Shown piece after piece: positions 1 through 12,100 of a stretch of 64,000 nucleotides of DNA. The notes beneath the pieces are model-generated. The model had not been told where the DNA came from, searched no databases, and worked only from the letters and a program-made list of their open reading frames with translations. The DNA comes from Massalongia carnosa (lineage: Eukaryota): positions 1,860,001 through 1,924,000 of the forward strand of contig OZ287081.1 in assembly GCA_965645245.1 (NCBI GenBank), read 5' to 3'. Made by a program: the position numbers and the translations under genes. How positions within the stretch are numbered: position 1 is the first letter of the stretch; every line of letters begins with the position of its first letter.

Positions 1-936
1 CGTTGCATATAAGGGATCTGATCCTGGGGTAAAGCTTAAGCGCTTTGCCGAGGAAATGGTTATTGCGAACGAGGTGTTGCTCGAACGCTCCTGAAGTGAA
101 CCCAGGCTAAAATAAGCTGTTGGGGGCCTGCCGTCAAAAAGCGATATATCTATCGTGTTTTCTTTGAGGCCATATAGGTGATAGGTGTCAATCCAGGTGC
201 CGTTAATCGATCGACTAGCCGCTAGCCATGTGTATTCTGTAATACAAGATCCTTCCACGTTCAGATTAAGACCTGCAGCATGCTGAAGGCCAAAATCCGC
301 CGCACTAATCGTGTAGGAATAATGTATTTGCTGAACACTCCCAGTCACTCCGGATGTCACCACAGGGCTACTCAAAGTGACCTGTGGAAGCCCCGTGGCG
401 TTGACACTCCCTGCCGCGCGAAGGCTTGACGGTACTCGGAGGGCAAACGATGCGTATAGGGCCGAGTTGTCGAGGTTCTTATTCGAGGGCACGAAGATAC
501 TCGTGGGATCAACCGGTGCGCCGTTCCCGAGGATGAGGAATCGAGGAACATTGATGGATACAACATAGCCCACCGCTAAAAGGGTGGCGGCCGCACACAT
601 CCATAAGACAGCATACCACCTGTCGCGCTTTCTTTTCATGCGGAAAAAGTACTGCGCCATCAGCTTCAAGACCGTAAATGCCGATCCTTGAGAGTTCCAA
701 ATGGCCGCTGAAGCCGCCCCAATGTTTGGACTATGCGCTTTCCTCATAAACGCGGATATTCCAGCCAGGACAAGCAAAGCCCATAGCTGCAAGATCATCA
801 GCTCCATCATTAAAGTGTATGCCGACAGAAGCCTTTTGCCATCTTCCGAGGAAACCGAAACGGCATCTCTGGTTCCATTTCCTATCGGCATGGAAAACCG
901 TTTCCACAGCCTATAAGTTGAGTCGTCCGCCTCCAT
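1..936 (-). CDS. Hypothetical membrane protein (5' part; runs off window start)
   Basis: ATG at 936 opens a stop-free frame to position 1 (MEADDSTYRLWKRFSMPIGNG...LLSAYTLIMELMILQLWALLVLAGISAF...WYAVLWMCAAATLLAVGYVVSINVPRFLILGNGAPVDP...). It has two hydrophobic segments and N-X-S/T sites. It is missing from the ORF track because there is no stop in the window. Confidence 0.7.
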   Translation of the reverse strand, partial: MEADDSTYRLWKRFSMPIGNGTRDAVSVSSEDGKRLLSAYTLMMELMILQLWALLVLAGISAFMRKAHSPNIGAASAAIWNSQGSAFTVLKLMAQYFFRMKRKRDRWYAVLWMCAAATLLAVGYVVSINVPRFLILGNGAPVDPTSIFVPSNKNLDNSALYASFALRVPSSLRAAGSVNATGLPQVTLSSPVVTSGVTGSVQQIHYSYTISAADFGLQHAAGLNLNVEGSCITEYTWLAASRSINGTWIDTYHLYGLKENTIDISLFDGRPPTAYFSLGSLQERSSNTSFAITISSAKRLSFTPGSDPLYAT

Positions 937-1766
937 CTCGCCGAAACAGCAGCTAGTCCGAATGCGGGGAAAATGAAAACGGAAGTAGAAATAGAAAATG
1001 GGGTTGATGCGAGACGGATTAAAGTTGGTGCTTTCGGGGGGGGATACCTGCTAACACGCTCATCTTATGCCACCGCAGCCGCAATTCAACTTACTTATTA
1101 CGAATTGAGCCGCAGAAAAATAGCTCGCAGAGGCACTCACACGACCTCCTTGTGCCCCTTTAGGAGCTGGAGGGTTTCAGGGTCTCAAACCAGCCTGTAC
1201 CGCTACGGCCGAAGACCAGTACGCCCAGAGAACAATTTCAGTCCAAGGATGTGGGAAATAAGAAAGATACGTTGATAGGCCGACCGCGCGGATACATGGC
1301 TACACAATGCTAAGTAGGTGCATGTTGCTGGGTAGGATGCTGTTTCTCCCTTTGACGGGGAGCAAACGACTAAGGACACGGAAGGAGCTACCGCGCAAGA
1401 TATCATATCCCTCATTTTCGAGCTTCGTGACTCCGTCCTTAGGGAGGATTGATTCGTCCCGATTCGCCATCACATTTGGCAGCCAGGTTTCAATTATTGG
1501 GATATGGTGGGACATTTGGGGATACGAGCAGAGGGCAGGCTACACCGTGTGAATAGCTGAATGAATGCACGTGGGGGCGGGATAAGCTGAAGTGATGAAA
1601 GTGATAAAAGTGAAATCGGAGAATATAAGAGGAAGCGGGGTATGGTGGAGGCTGCGGGAGTGGGTTGAAGGGTTGCGAGTGGTCGAGGACCTCGTCGAGA
1701 AGAGTGTAATTCAGTGCATCAGGTAGAATGAAAAGGTCAGTAGGTCTGTATCTGGGCTGCACTGCT

Positions 1767-1855
1767 GGAGAATGATGTGATAGCCAAGCCGGGGTTTGCC
1801 GGAATAGCGGAGAATGATGTGATAGCCAAGACGGGGTTTGCCGGAATAGCGGAGA
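1767..1855. repeat. 42-bp tandem duplication (2 copies plus a partial)
   Basis: ggagaatgatgtgatagccaag(c/a)cggggtttgccggaatagc at 1767 and 1809, partial at 1851. Confidence 0.9.
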
Positions 1856-1860
1856 GTGGG

Positions 1861-2403
1861 CTAGTTCGTGTCAATCTCGTTATATTGCTACTAAGTATGT
1901 TTGGGCTATTGCTCACAGCCCCCGGCCTCGAGAGGGGGACTCGATAAGGGCCTTGCTGTCTACTAATGTAAGACCCTCTCGCAGGCCTTGGGCTGTGAAC
2001 AGACTCCCTCTATCTAAGCGACAGAAGAACTGGAGTGGGTGGGTGGGAAAGAAAACGTTGCAAACAGTGCTATCAAAATGCTATGCTTTTTGATTGTCTT
2101 GAGATGTGAGATGATGAGGGATACCGTCTGGGACCTCCTCTTTATATATCTTCTTCCTATTCTCCTTGTCCTACTCTACCATCCCAGTATGCCCCATCAA
2201 CGCGGCCCATAGCAAGGCATACACAAATCCGAAACCTAACTGTCGTCCGAAGGATCGATGCGGTGCTAAGATCTCTATGCCGTGCTGAGACATCCTTATG
2301 GTGCTGAGACATCTATGCCGTCCGAGAGATCCGTGCGGTGCCGAAATCAAAGCGGGAGCTGTCTCGATTAACGACGCACTAGCTCTCAGCATAGCCGAAC
2401 TAG
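1861..2403 (-). mobile_element. Solo terminal-repeat (A+B) remnant of the Ngaro-like element
   Basis: 543 bp, near-identical to 51151-51693 (one visible SNP, ccgtgcgg vs ccatgcgg); begins CTAGTTCG and ends CGAACTAG; no internal ORFs. Confidence 0.92.
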
Positions 2404-3249
2404 GTAGTACGAAGTAGTTCGGAATTTAACTACTTTTCTTACCAAAAAAGCTTAATTGATTGTCTAACGACAGGGTTCCGACGGATTCGGTGCGTTTGAT
2501 CCACTTGCCATCCATGTTCAGCAGCTCGGATTCCCCCGGAATAACAATGATGGACAGACCTGGACAGACCTGGACAGACAGGGACAGACGTGGACAGACG
2601 TGGACAGACAGGGACGGTCATCGACGCGATTAGCCTCCAAGTCCGTTGTGTAACCACCATCGCATCTGGCTGCAATGTACTACAATATCACCTAATGCAG
2701 GCCTCTGAACCTCCAAAGCCTTCTTAGCCGGCAAGGGAACGTGACGATGGAAGTACAATACTAGCCCTGTCAAGGTCCAGCTGCCCATTTCTGAGGCTTA
2801 TCGGCCGTTAGGCTGCCTTCGTGATGTCCAAACAGTGACAGTCATTCACGCCACTTTTTCTTAGATCCATTGACTTTACTTCCGAGCCTATGAACTTTCG
2901 AATGTATTCAGCTTCGTAAGTGCCTTGTCATGAATCCTTCGGAAGCAAAGCCTCCTTCGTCCTCGACCTGCTAAAGGCAATCTAAACTCGGTTGATGTCA
3001 GGATTGTTTGTGGAGCGGCTGCATGAATGAAAAGAGAGAGCGCAGTGTTGAGATGCCTGGCGATGATGACCAGTGACTTCGATCGTGTGCTTATATCCAT
3101 CGCGTACCTATATCCCGCTACATCAATATCTTTCCCTTTCGTCACCCATTCTGTTCCCAAGTGCATATTTTTTTTATCTCGTAGACTCGCGATCCCTCGT
3201 CGTTTGACATCACCCCCGCTGCCTTGATAGTCACAATCATCACTTTACA

Positions 3250-4430
3250 ATGCATTTTGCACTGGTCTTATTACTTTCGTTGATCACCTCGCCTGTGGCT
3301 ACGCATGGCCTCTCGCTGTTAGACGCACTTCGGCAACATGCGAATGCCTCTCGATTCGCTCAGATGATTGAGAGTGACCCGGAAGTTTCGGCCATCTATC
3401 GCTCGGGATCTGTCCGAACAGTCTTTGCACCAGTGAATAGCGCCCTCACGAGACTCGGAGCTCGAGATACAGACAACCAGGCCGATCTCTTGCGTCAGTC
3501 GGTGAATCGTGAGAACTCGCTTCAGACCCTTCACACGCCTCCGGGGTCCCTTTTGGAGACGAACGATGAGACCGGTAATCTAAACGGACAAGGCCAGGCA
3601 GTGGTAGCGCACCCATCAGACGGACCTACCAATAACACAAAAAGAGCCCTCCTTCCACGCCAGAATGCCAATGCTCCGATTCATCCGATCAAAATCTCAT
3701 CGGGTTTGGGCAACAATGTCAGCATCATACAGGGAGACATTCCGTACGACGGCGGCCTGATTCACATAGTAGATGAGTGAGCTTATGCATCCGCATGCAT
3801 TTTACTCACCGTGCCCCATCTAATTCAGCGAAACAACAGTTTCTTCACGAAGCCGATTACCCTGTCCGCTACCAGCAACCAGACGGGACACTCGCAATTT
3901 GCGAGTCGCCTCGACCAGTCCAATCTAACACATCTGATCGACACGACTCCTTCAATCACATGCTTTCTCCCGTCCAACGCGGCCTTTGTCAAAGCCACTG
4001 GAAATAGTACTCAAACGCCTTCACAAATAGCGAGCCAGCTATCCGGCCATATTGTCACAGACCAAGTGCTCTATCTTCCTCGTCTCGTGGACGGCGCAAC
4101 ATATAGCACGAAAGCTGGCACTACCATTGTCGTCTCGATAAGGGACGGCCGCTATTTCATCAATGGCGCCCAGATTGTGCAAGCCGATGTAATTCTGGAG
4201 AACGGTGTCGCGCATATACTGGACAAGGTATGAAGAATCTTCTAAATTCAGGATTTCCCTATCGTGTCTTCTTATCTTGTCATTTCTGCAAAGTCGCTAA
4301 ATAATTCCATCAATAGATCATTGTCCCCACCCCGACGCCAGCCTCTTTCAGCAGCAGCAGCAGCAGCATCGTCGTCAAACCCACAATTTTCGTTATTATC
4401 ATCAATATTCTTCTTTATTATCTTTTTTAA
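3250..4430 (+). CDS. Secreted fasciclin (two FAS1 domains) protein, probably GPI-anchored; exons 3250-3776, 3840-4227, 4317-4430 (342 aa)
   Basis: Signal peptide MHFALVLLLSLITSPVA; FAS1 motifs TVFAPVNSA, GGLIHIVD, TCFLPSNAAF, NGVAHILDK; GT-AG introns with CTAA branch-like sites keep the frame; Ser-rich linker plus hydrophobic C-terminal tail IFVIIINILLYYLF. Confidence 0.88.
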
Positions 4431-4589
4431 GGTTATAATTAATCAAGTTCAAGATTAACATATACGTTCTTATATCGATAACGTAGATTAATAATAATAA
4501 TCTCTTTGAATTTCAATAGATATATGTCAGGACTCAGGTGTGGAGCGCTAAATCCAACGGCTCTTTCCGACCGAAGCTTCGGAGATAAG

Positions 4590-4873
4590 TGTAACGGGTG
4601 GGCAATAGAAGGCCTACCCAAGTGGTGGTGATGATGGTCTTGATGGCTAGCTAATAGCTATGCTAAATAAACAAGACGAACACAAAGAAAGCAGCAATTG
4701 CTGCAGAGATTTTCTTATAATTCCTTGATCCCTTTACTAACCTTGATGAGGTTAGCTTCCCGCTAAACCCAATGCGCTACCTCCCGCGACGCTAAATGTC
4801 GGGGGTATCGCTTAGCAATCTTAGCAACCTTCTTGTGACTACCTTTCCTAGATTATCCTTATTCACCATGACA
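4590..4873. mobile_element. Solo LTR (284 bp)
   Basis: TGTAAC...ATGACA termini flanked by a 5-bp direct repeat ATAAG (4585-4589, 4874-4878). Confidence 0.72.
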
Positions 4874-5053
4874 ATAAGTTTCTAGAGCCGGATGGAAACT
4901 TCTCGAAGAAGGGCAACCGGGGCATATAGACTTTCACATTCTTCTTTATAGGTAGATTTCTATTCTTCATGCTTAGTCTCTTAGGTAGCTGACTACTATT
5001 CGTCTTTTAGCGTATGCAAAATGATTTGCAATTTCGCTTATGAAAACACATAC

Positions 5054-5521
5054 TGAAGAAGGGTAGTCGTGCGTGCTAATGGAAGGTGGTGGTACGTGAT
5101 GATAGATGGCGAACTGAGCAGTGAACACACACACACACACACAAACGTCTGAATGGACCTACGACTGCATAGACATGAAAAGAACTTGTCAGACTTGGTA
5201 CATCTACTAAGCGAGCTTGATCTCACGTGCTCAGCCCTACCCATTGTATATAGTCAGCCGAAAATTCTGTTGTAGCAAATCAAGGTCTTCCATCATCAAT
5301 ATTCTGTCCTACAGAACTCGACGACTGAACGACTGAACGACTAGTTGATGCACGAAATGAACGTGTCGATGCCTACGTGACACGACGATGATGATGACAG
5401 CGTAGGTGATAGAAGATGATATCTGGAGATGATGAAGAAAACGCCAGCAAAAAACCCGTTTTATCCCCACACAGGCCTGCCATGTCACCTGACTATAGAT
5501 GACACATGTCGCCCCACCACA
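5054..5521. mobile_element. Solo LTR (468 bp) inserted in the left TIR of the Tc1-like element
   Basis: TG...CA termini; 4-bp TSD ATAC (5050-5053, 5522-5525); removing it restores cacataccaccaacatg as in copy 2. Confidence 0.75.
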
Positions 5522-5643
5522 ATACCACCAACATGACCCCACCATTTAAACTCCAAAATCTTAATTTTCCTAGATATTCCCTACACCAAAATCCTAACAT
5601 ATTTTTATAATTTGGTAGACACATATATATATTAATCGTCAAT

Positions 5644-6692
5644 ATGGTCGAATCCCTTCCTTCATCCATGCGATCGCGAATCATTCGATATTTATTCCTT
5701 CATTGGCGACCGGATGCCATACATAGCCAAAGAGGTTCATTGCAGTGTCCGAACTATCTATAATTTCCAAGAGAATTTATTCATGTATGGTAGCATATCC
5801 GCTCCTCGAAAGACGTCATCTAGGTCGCGCATGCAAAACTACTAAAGCCGCCGGCGACTCCTTGATCGAATATCTAAATCGTCAGCCATGGGCCCAACAA
5901 AAGGAGATGGTCTGGTTTCTTTGGGAGGAGTGGGGTATATTCGTGCATCAATCAACCGTTTCTAGGGAAATAAAGAAACGGCGATGGAGTCAAAAGAAAA
6001 GTCAAAGACATGGGCGTAGGAACGACGAATTGAGGGAAAATTGGCATGCTAGCATGCTTAATGTGACTGCAGAGCAGTTGGTTTTCGTTGATGAAACAGC
6101 ATTCAATGAGATGACCGGTTGGAGGATGAGGGCATACGCACCAATTGGCCAACCGGCTCGATACCAGGGGGACATTAGGAGGGGTCATAATTGGACCGTT
6201 CTTCCTGCATATACTGTTGATGGCTATCTGCCATGTACGAGCATTCGGGAGGGGTGGTTTAATGCAGATGGTTTCTTTCAATGGATAACCGACGAATTAC
6301 TTCCATATTGCACCCCTTATCCAGGCCCCCGGAGCGTTATAGTCATGGATAATGCCGCTATCCATTGCAACCCACGCATTGAGGAGGCCATTCGTGGACA
6401 CGGTTACGAAGTACGATATCTGCCCCCCTATTCACCGGATTTCAATCCAATCGAGTTGAGTTTTAGTGTATTAAAGGCTTGGTTTAGAACCCATTATACC
6501 TCAATTCGCTCTGAATATGGGGGCACCTTCGGCGATTTAATTCGATATGCCATCGACAGGAGCCATTGTGACCGTTTCGCTAAAGAGCCCTTTCGTCATA
6601 GTGGTGGGGGTGGGGGGTATATATTCGAGGCCGACATCATTGAATTGGAAAGGGAGCTATATGGGGGTGAGGTGCAAATACATTTTGATTGA
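5644..6692 (+). pseudogene. Tc1/IS630-family DD34E transposase, frameshifted near the N-terminus
   Basis: VFVDETAFN, VIVMDNAAIH, YLPPYSPDFNPIE (34 residues between D and E). ATG at 5644 matches the copy 2 start MVESLPPSMR. There is a +4 bp insertion at 5720-5725 and a +1 bp insertion near 5810 relative to copy 2. Confidence 0.9.
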
Positions 6693-7136
6693 ATTATTCA
6701 ATCTGGACCAGATCTGGACCAGATTTGGGGGCTAGATTTTACATCTGACCTACATCTAGGCTAGAACCCCTGAATCCGGAAATCTTTGCTTAAATTAATC
6801 ACTCCTGAATCTACTCCATGACACAATCGAACTGAGCATCTTGAGAAGATCTATTGATCATTTATAATGTTTATAAATATTGATTACATGATTACAGAAT
6901 CGAGAAAAAAGACTTCATTTGCATGTAAACTAATTAGTAAAACCTCACCAAAAACGGGTGTTTTTGCATAGTGTGATGCTATTCGGCTGTTAGAGTTACG
7001 AGTGTTGATGTATGCAAATATTTCCATCATATTATAAGCATGAAAAAAGATATCGATTAACCCCGAATATCCATAAACGCATAATCCTTCCAACCCTTCC
7101 AACCCTACCTATTTAGCCAATTATTCCCACCTCTTC

Positions 7137-9016
7137 CTATGGCACATCCCCCTCATCAACTCCATGTCGCCATTGCGGTTTGAATATACGGAGATCAGTT
7201 CTGAATGCTCGTGCCCATCCATCAGGTATGCCCAGTTGAATAGCCCGTTTATATATATGTGAGCTCGTTTCTGACATATCTCTCAAATCCTCCAAAGACC
7301 ACATCTCGTTTTGAACAATCTCCTTAACCCCATTCCATCTATCCTTGGCCCTTTGACTCTGCAATGCCTCCCCTTTCCAATTGAGGAAATCCTCCATAGC
7401 AAACTCCTCATCCTCGGGGTTGCATATGGGGCTTGACCTAGTCAACGGTTTCGAGCGAGGCCTTGGTGCCGCAGGGGGTGGGGGGATGATGGGTTCGGGG
7501 ACCGAAGAAGATGATGGTTGAGAATAAACAGGAGGGGGAGGGGGGCGACGAACATTACTCATTCTTTCACCCATTCTTTCCATTTGGTCCATCATCGATT
7601 CCTGCATACTTCCATCGATTGCTTTGTGAATTGCATCATTTCACCCATGAAGCTTTTCGTCTCATCGCGATCTTTTCTGGAATCCTCCCGTCCTTCCTGT
7701 ATTATCGTCTTCCTAGAGTTGAGACCCACCGGCCCCTGTCGTAGTATGAACTTATACAATACTGGTGGTGGATTATCTAGGGAAGCACTGATGTCGCCGC
7801 GAGCGAGAGCCTTAGCCCAATCTCTTTGCAATGTATGAGAAAGATCATAATGAAGCCCATCTTCATCAACGAAACAGAAGTTATTTTGATTCGTACATCG
7901 AGCATCGTGACAAACCCATCGATTCACCAATTGTCTATCAAAATCACCTGCATTAATAAGGATCTCACCTTGATCTCGTTGACGTTCTAATAATTGATGA
8001 GTTCTAGTCCTTCGGCCGGTAGGTGTAGTAATAATAGTAGATGATTCAGTTGCATCTAGTAATATGTCAGGGGGATTTGATTGCTTCGGTTCTTCCATCG
8101 AAATTTCGATCTTAATAGTGATATCTGGCTTCCATTTACGAGATTCATCATCAATGACAATTAGAACCTTTTCCCATTCAGTCTCAGTATAATTATCAAT
8201 GGTTTGATGGACATTCCTGGCCCGATTATGAATGGCCTTAATAATGACGACGATGGAGGTCGTCGTCCATCCTTTAGTATGCCCGTTCCTTTTCTCAATC
8301 TCAGTCTCCAATGTCTGTTCGAAATCCCATATCCTGAAAACGCTTCGTTTTTTAGAACCTAGCGATGAGGTCCATATAACTCTCCCATTGTCACGAAGTC
8401 TAGCATGAACGGTCAACATAGGATCTGATACTAGATCTTCAGCCTCATCTTCCTCAATGTCCGATGTAGTCAATTTGTCTAATTCTTTATTAACCTCTAT
8501 TTCTTCCAGTCGTGGTCGTCGGGCTTCCGGTTCCCCGAATTGATTGACCTCCGCTTCCCATTCTTCATCCTCCCTATCTCGTCTCACTCTTGCTCGCGCG
8601 GCGGCCTCCTTGCTTCTCTCCAAATGTGCACGCCATAACACACGCTCCGCCTTCCCCTCGCGAGTATTGCCGGGAATCTTGGGCGTTTTCATGGTGAATA
8701 CCGGTGTATGGTCGTCACGCGCACTCGGGCGGCGTGGAACCGGGGGGGGTCGAGGTCGAGCATCTAAGGGAGGAAACAATGGAGGGCCTGGAAGACGGGC
8801 GCCGACAGGAGGAGAAGAAGGAGGGTTAGGAGGATTAGGAGGAGGGCTCTCATGGGGACGGCGTGCACCCTGGAGCGGGGTTTGAGGGTTAGGACCAAGA
8901 GGGGTAGGCGAGCTTCGTAGGCGAGCAGGAACTTGGCGGCGACGACCCCCCCGAGTCGGCGCCGGCGGCAAAACTTGGTTAACTGGTCCCTTTTTACTCC
9001 GTCTATTTGGAGGCAT
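7137..9016 (-). pseudogene. Transposon ORF2 (consensus ~627 aa): basic/Pro-rich N-terminus, C-x4-C-x6-C-x7-H motif, possible SAM-like C-terminal domain
   Basis: Track ORFs 7592-9016 and 7137-7607 join if the 4-bp deletion relative to copy 2 (gaaatgcgtatg vs gaagtatg) is restored; motif WVCHDARCTNQNNFCFVDEDGLH. Confidence 0.8.
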
Positions 9017-9138
9017 AATAATTTCTATAGATGTCTACCAAATTATAAAAATATATTAGGATTTTGGTGTAGGGAATATCTAGGAAAATTAAGAATTTGG
9101 AGTTTGAATGGTGGGGTCATGTTGGTGGTATGCGTTTT

Positions 9139-12100
9139 GGTCTCCTTAGCAGCTAAGGTGAGTGCCATATATTCGGCTTCTGTGGATGAGAGGGCAACGG
9201 TTTTCTGTCTCTTTGAGGCCCAACTGATTGGTCCATTGTTCAGCATGAAGACGTATCCGGAGGTGGACTTGCGGTCTTCCTTGTCACCGGCCCAATTAGA
9301 ATCGGAATAGCCCTGTATAGACAAATCTCCGCCACCAAAGGTAATGCCTCTGTCTCTGGTTGCACTGAGATATCTGAGAATCTGCTTGGCTGCCTCCATG
9401 TGTGATTTGCCAGGATTTTTGGCATGTCGGCTGACCACTGAGGTCGCGTAGGCAATGTCAGGCCTTGTTTCTATCATAGCAAACATGATGGAGCCGAAGA
9501 TTGCTTGATACTGTTTAATGTCTGATTCTGAGGCCTGGGATTCATTTCTGAATAGACTGCCTTCTTTCATTGGGGTGGTGGTAGTTTTCGCGTTCTGCAT
9601 ATGAAACTACTCCAGGACCTTTTCGATGTAGGTAGATTGAGATAGTTTGATTGTTCTGTTATCGCGATTTCGTTCTACCTTTAGGCCTAGATAATGACTG
9701 ATTGAGCCCATGTCCACCATCTTGAACGCAATGTTCAGTTGTTTCTTGACTTCAGATATCATAGGAGATCCCTTTGGACCTATGATGTTCAGATCATCAA
9801 CGAAGGAGGTAACAATTGGACCTCTTATTCCTGCCGAAGGAGAGAAGATACTATGATCTGCGTGAAGTTTGGACAGACCCAGCTTGGTAAGTAGAAATTC
9901 GGATAGCCTTTCATACCATAGGCGTGGAGATTGTTTCAGGCCATAGAGAGCCTTGTTCAGTTTGCAGATCATGCCCGCTTTTTCATATCCTTTGGGCATT
10001 TGGACGTAAATCAATTGATCTATTACCCCATACAAGAATGCTGTGACGACATCAAGCTGTTCGATGTCCAAGTCATGATGAGCTGCTATGGCAAACAATA
10101 ATCGGAAGGCCATTGGTTTCACTACGGAGGCATAGGTCTGTTCGAAATCTACTCCGTACTGCTGGAGATAGCCTTTCACCACCCATCTGGATTTGTATGG
10201 TGTGATATTTCCATTGACGTCTCGTTTCAGTTTGTATACCCATTTTCCACTGAGAGCAGTATGATTGGGCTCTATATCCTCGGTTCTTACAAGAGTCCAT
10301 GTTTCGTTCTCGAGAAGACTGTTGTGTTCATTGTCCATGGAACGACTCCAGCTTTCTGAATGTGGACCTTTCATAGCTTGATGGTATGTCTGAGGTTCAG
10401 CTATGTCGAGTTGAGACAGTGCGTCATAGTCTTCCAATCCTGATGATCCTTCCTTTTCCAAGGTTCTGGCAAGAAGAACGAGTGGATCCTCTGTGTCTAT
10501 GTCATCGTATGTAGGAGTATGATTGGGTTCATCTAAAGCTGGGTCTGATAGAAGAGACAATGCGTGTTCTATCTGAGCATGCTTTCTGGGTCTGCCACGT
10601 CCACGTTTTGGAATCGTTGTGGGGGATGAAATGACTGTTGATTTTGATGGAGTGACTATATCGGGAGTCATGATGGCTTCGTATGTAGGAACGTTGGTCT
10701 GGTCTTTGGAGATGGCGTCTTCGTGAATGCGCAGATCTTTGACCCTGATGACCCTGTAGTCCTTTTCCAGAAAGACTCGATAGATCGTGCATCCATCGTA
10801 CCCACACAAGACTCCGCGTTGGGCCCGAGGTAGAAATTTGGCCGATTTGCTGTTGGCGCCTTTGCGTTCTTCCTCATGAATGAGGACATACACGGTTGAT
10901 CCCAACACTCGCAGATGATTCAGAGGAGGTGACTTTGACTCGTAAATTTCAAATGGGGTCTTTCCGGATAAAGCATTTGTAGGTCTGACGTTGTTTGTGT
11001 GAACCATAGCTAAAACCACCTCTGTCCATAGGTAGTCCGGAATGCCTCCTGCAATGATGGTACATCTAGTCATGTCCATGATAGTTCTGCCTGTTCGTTC
11101 AGATACACCGTTTTGTTCCTGTGAATACGGTGCGGAGGGTTCAAACGTTATCCCTTCTTTCAGGAACCAATCATCCGATTTCAGACTTCGAAGTTCTGTG
11201 CCGAAATCAGTTCGAAAGATGTTTATTGGCTTGCTCTTTCCTGTCTTGTTCTGAGCTAGACTGTAGTATGTCAACAGATGATCAAACCATTCGCTCTTCT
11301 TGATGCCTGTATACACATGAGTGTATCTGCTGGCATCGTAGGTGAAGGTAAGGAAGTACTGTTCTTCAAGAAGTCCTGCTGCTTTGATGGGTCCTACTAG
11401 ATCGGAATGAACCCTTTGAAAGATGCCTGTTGCTCTCTCCTGAGGTGTCCGGTTGTATATCTTAGTGGCCTTTCCGAGTTCGCAGGATGAACAGTACCAA
11501 TCTTTGTTCACGTTGTCTGAGTACGACACATCGAGTCTTTTCAGAAAAGCTCGGCAGGTGATCAGGTTTAAATGACCAAGACGCGCATGCCATGTTGACA
11601 GGTCTGTTATGGCTGACGTGTGGTAGACTGATGTGTTCGGCCACTGAAAGGTGCTCTCATCTGTCTGCATAAGATGTGTAGCCACGTCTGGGGCGTCCAA
11701 GGTCTTTAGTACAAAGTTTGTATTGACTCTTGGCACATAGCCTATGATGTTCTGGCTAATCCCGTTGAATAGGGTCCAGTTAACATTTTCATAGTAGATG
11801 TTGTTTTGGTTGAGTAGTGCAAGACTGACGAGGTTCACTGGACACTGTGGAATGAAAAGAACGTTGTTCAGTATTAACACTGACGAGGGTGAGTCGTCCT
11901 GTAGTGCCAACGTTTTCCGGATCATTCCCCTCCCTGGAGACGTGCCATCTGATGTAGATCCTGCCAGACCTGTGGAGCGTGTTATGTAGTTGATGAACGA
12001 CGGCCTGTGATTGCATACGTGCATGTCCGCTGCGCTATCTAGTAGCCAGGTGTCTCTGTTGAGATGGTTGATGGTCATGACCTTCTGTAGAGTGGTAGTC

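Larger units (their letters stand above)
5007..9138. mobile_element. Two-gene Tc1/IS630-like DNA transposon, copy 1 (right outer TIR arm truncated)
   Basis: Inner TIR ~97 bp (5525-5621 / 9032-9128, ccaccaacatgacccc...gtagaca). Outer arm ttagcgtatg...acacata at 5007-5052, remnant tatgcgtttt at 9129-9138. Contains a transposase (+) and ORF2 (-). Second copy at 57121-61732. Confidence 0.88.

Noticed and set aside
973..1762. Short overlapping ORFs between the first gene and the solo repeat
   Set aside because: No recognisable motifs or consistent exon structure; the same applies to the many antisense shadow ORFs across the TEs.
2171..2392. Identical 73-aa ORF present three times (also 51461 and 55857)
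   Set aside because: It is simply inside the A repeat; it has no recognisable motif and its identity reflects the repeat.
5745..6692. Bacterial IS630 or horizontal transfer
   Set aside because: DD34E transposases of this type are normal in fungi and there is no bacterial gene context; transfer cannot be supported without a phylogeny.
9043..9140. C-terminus of the 185-aa track ORF (TKTHTTNMTPP...)
   Set aside because: Chimeric read-through from truncated Copia RNase H into the Tc1-like TIR.
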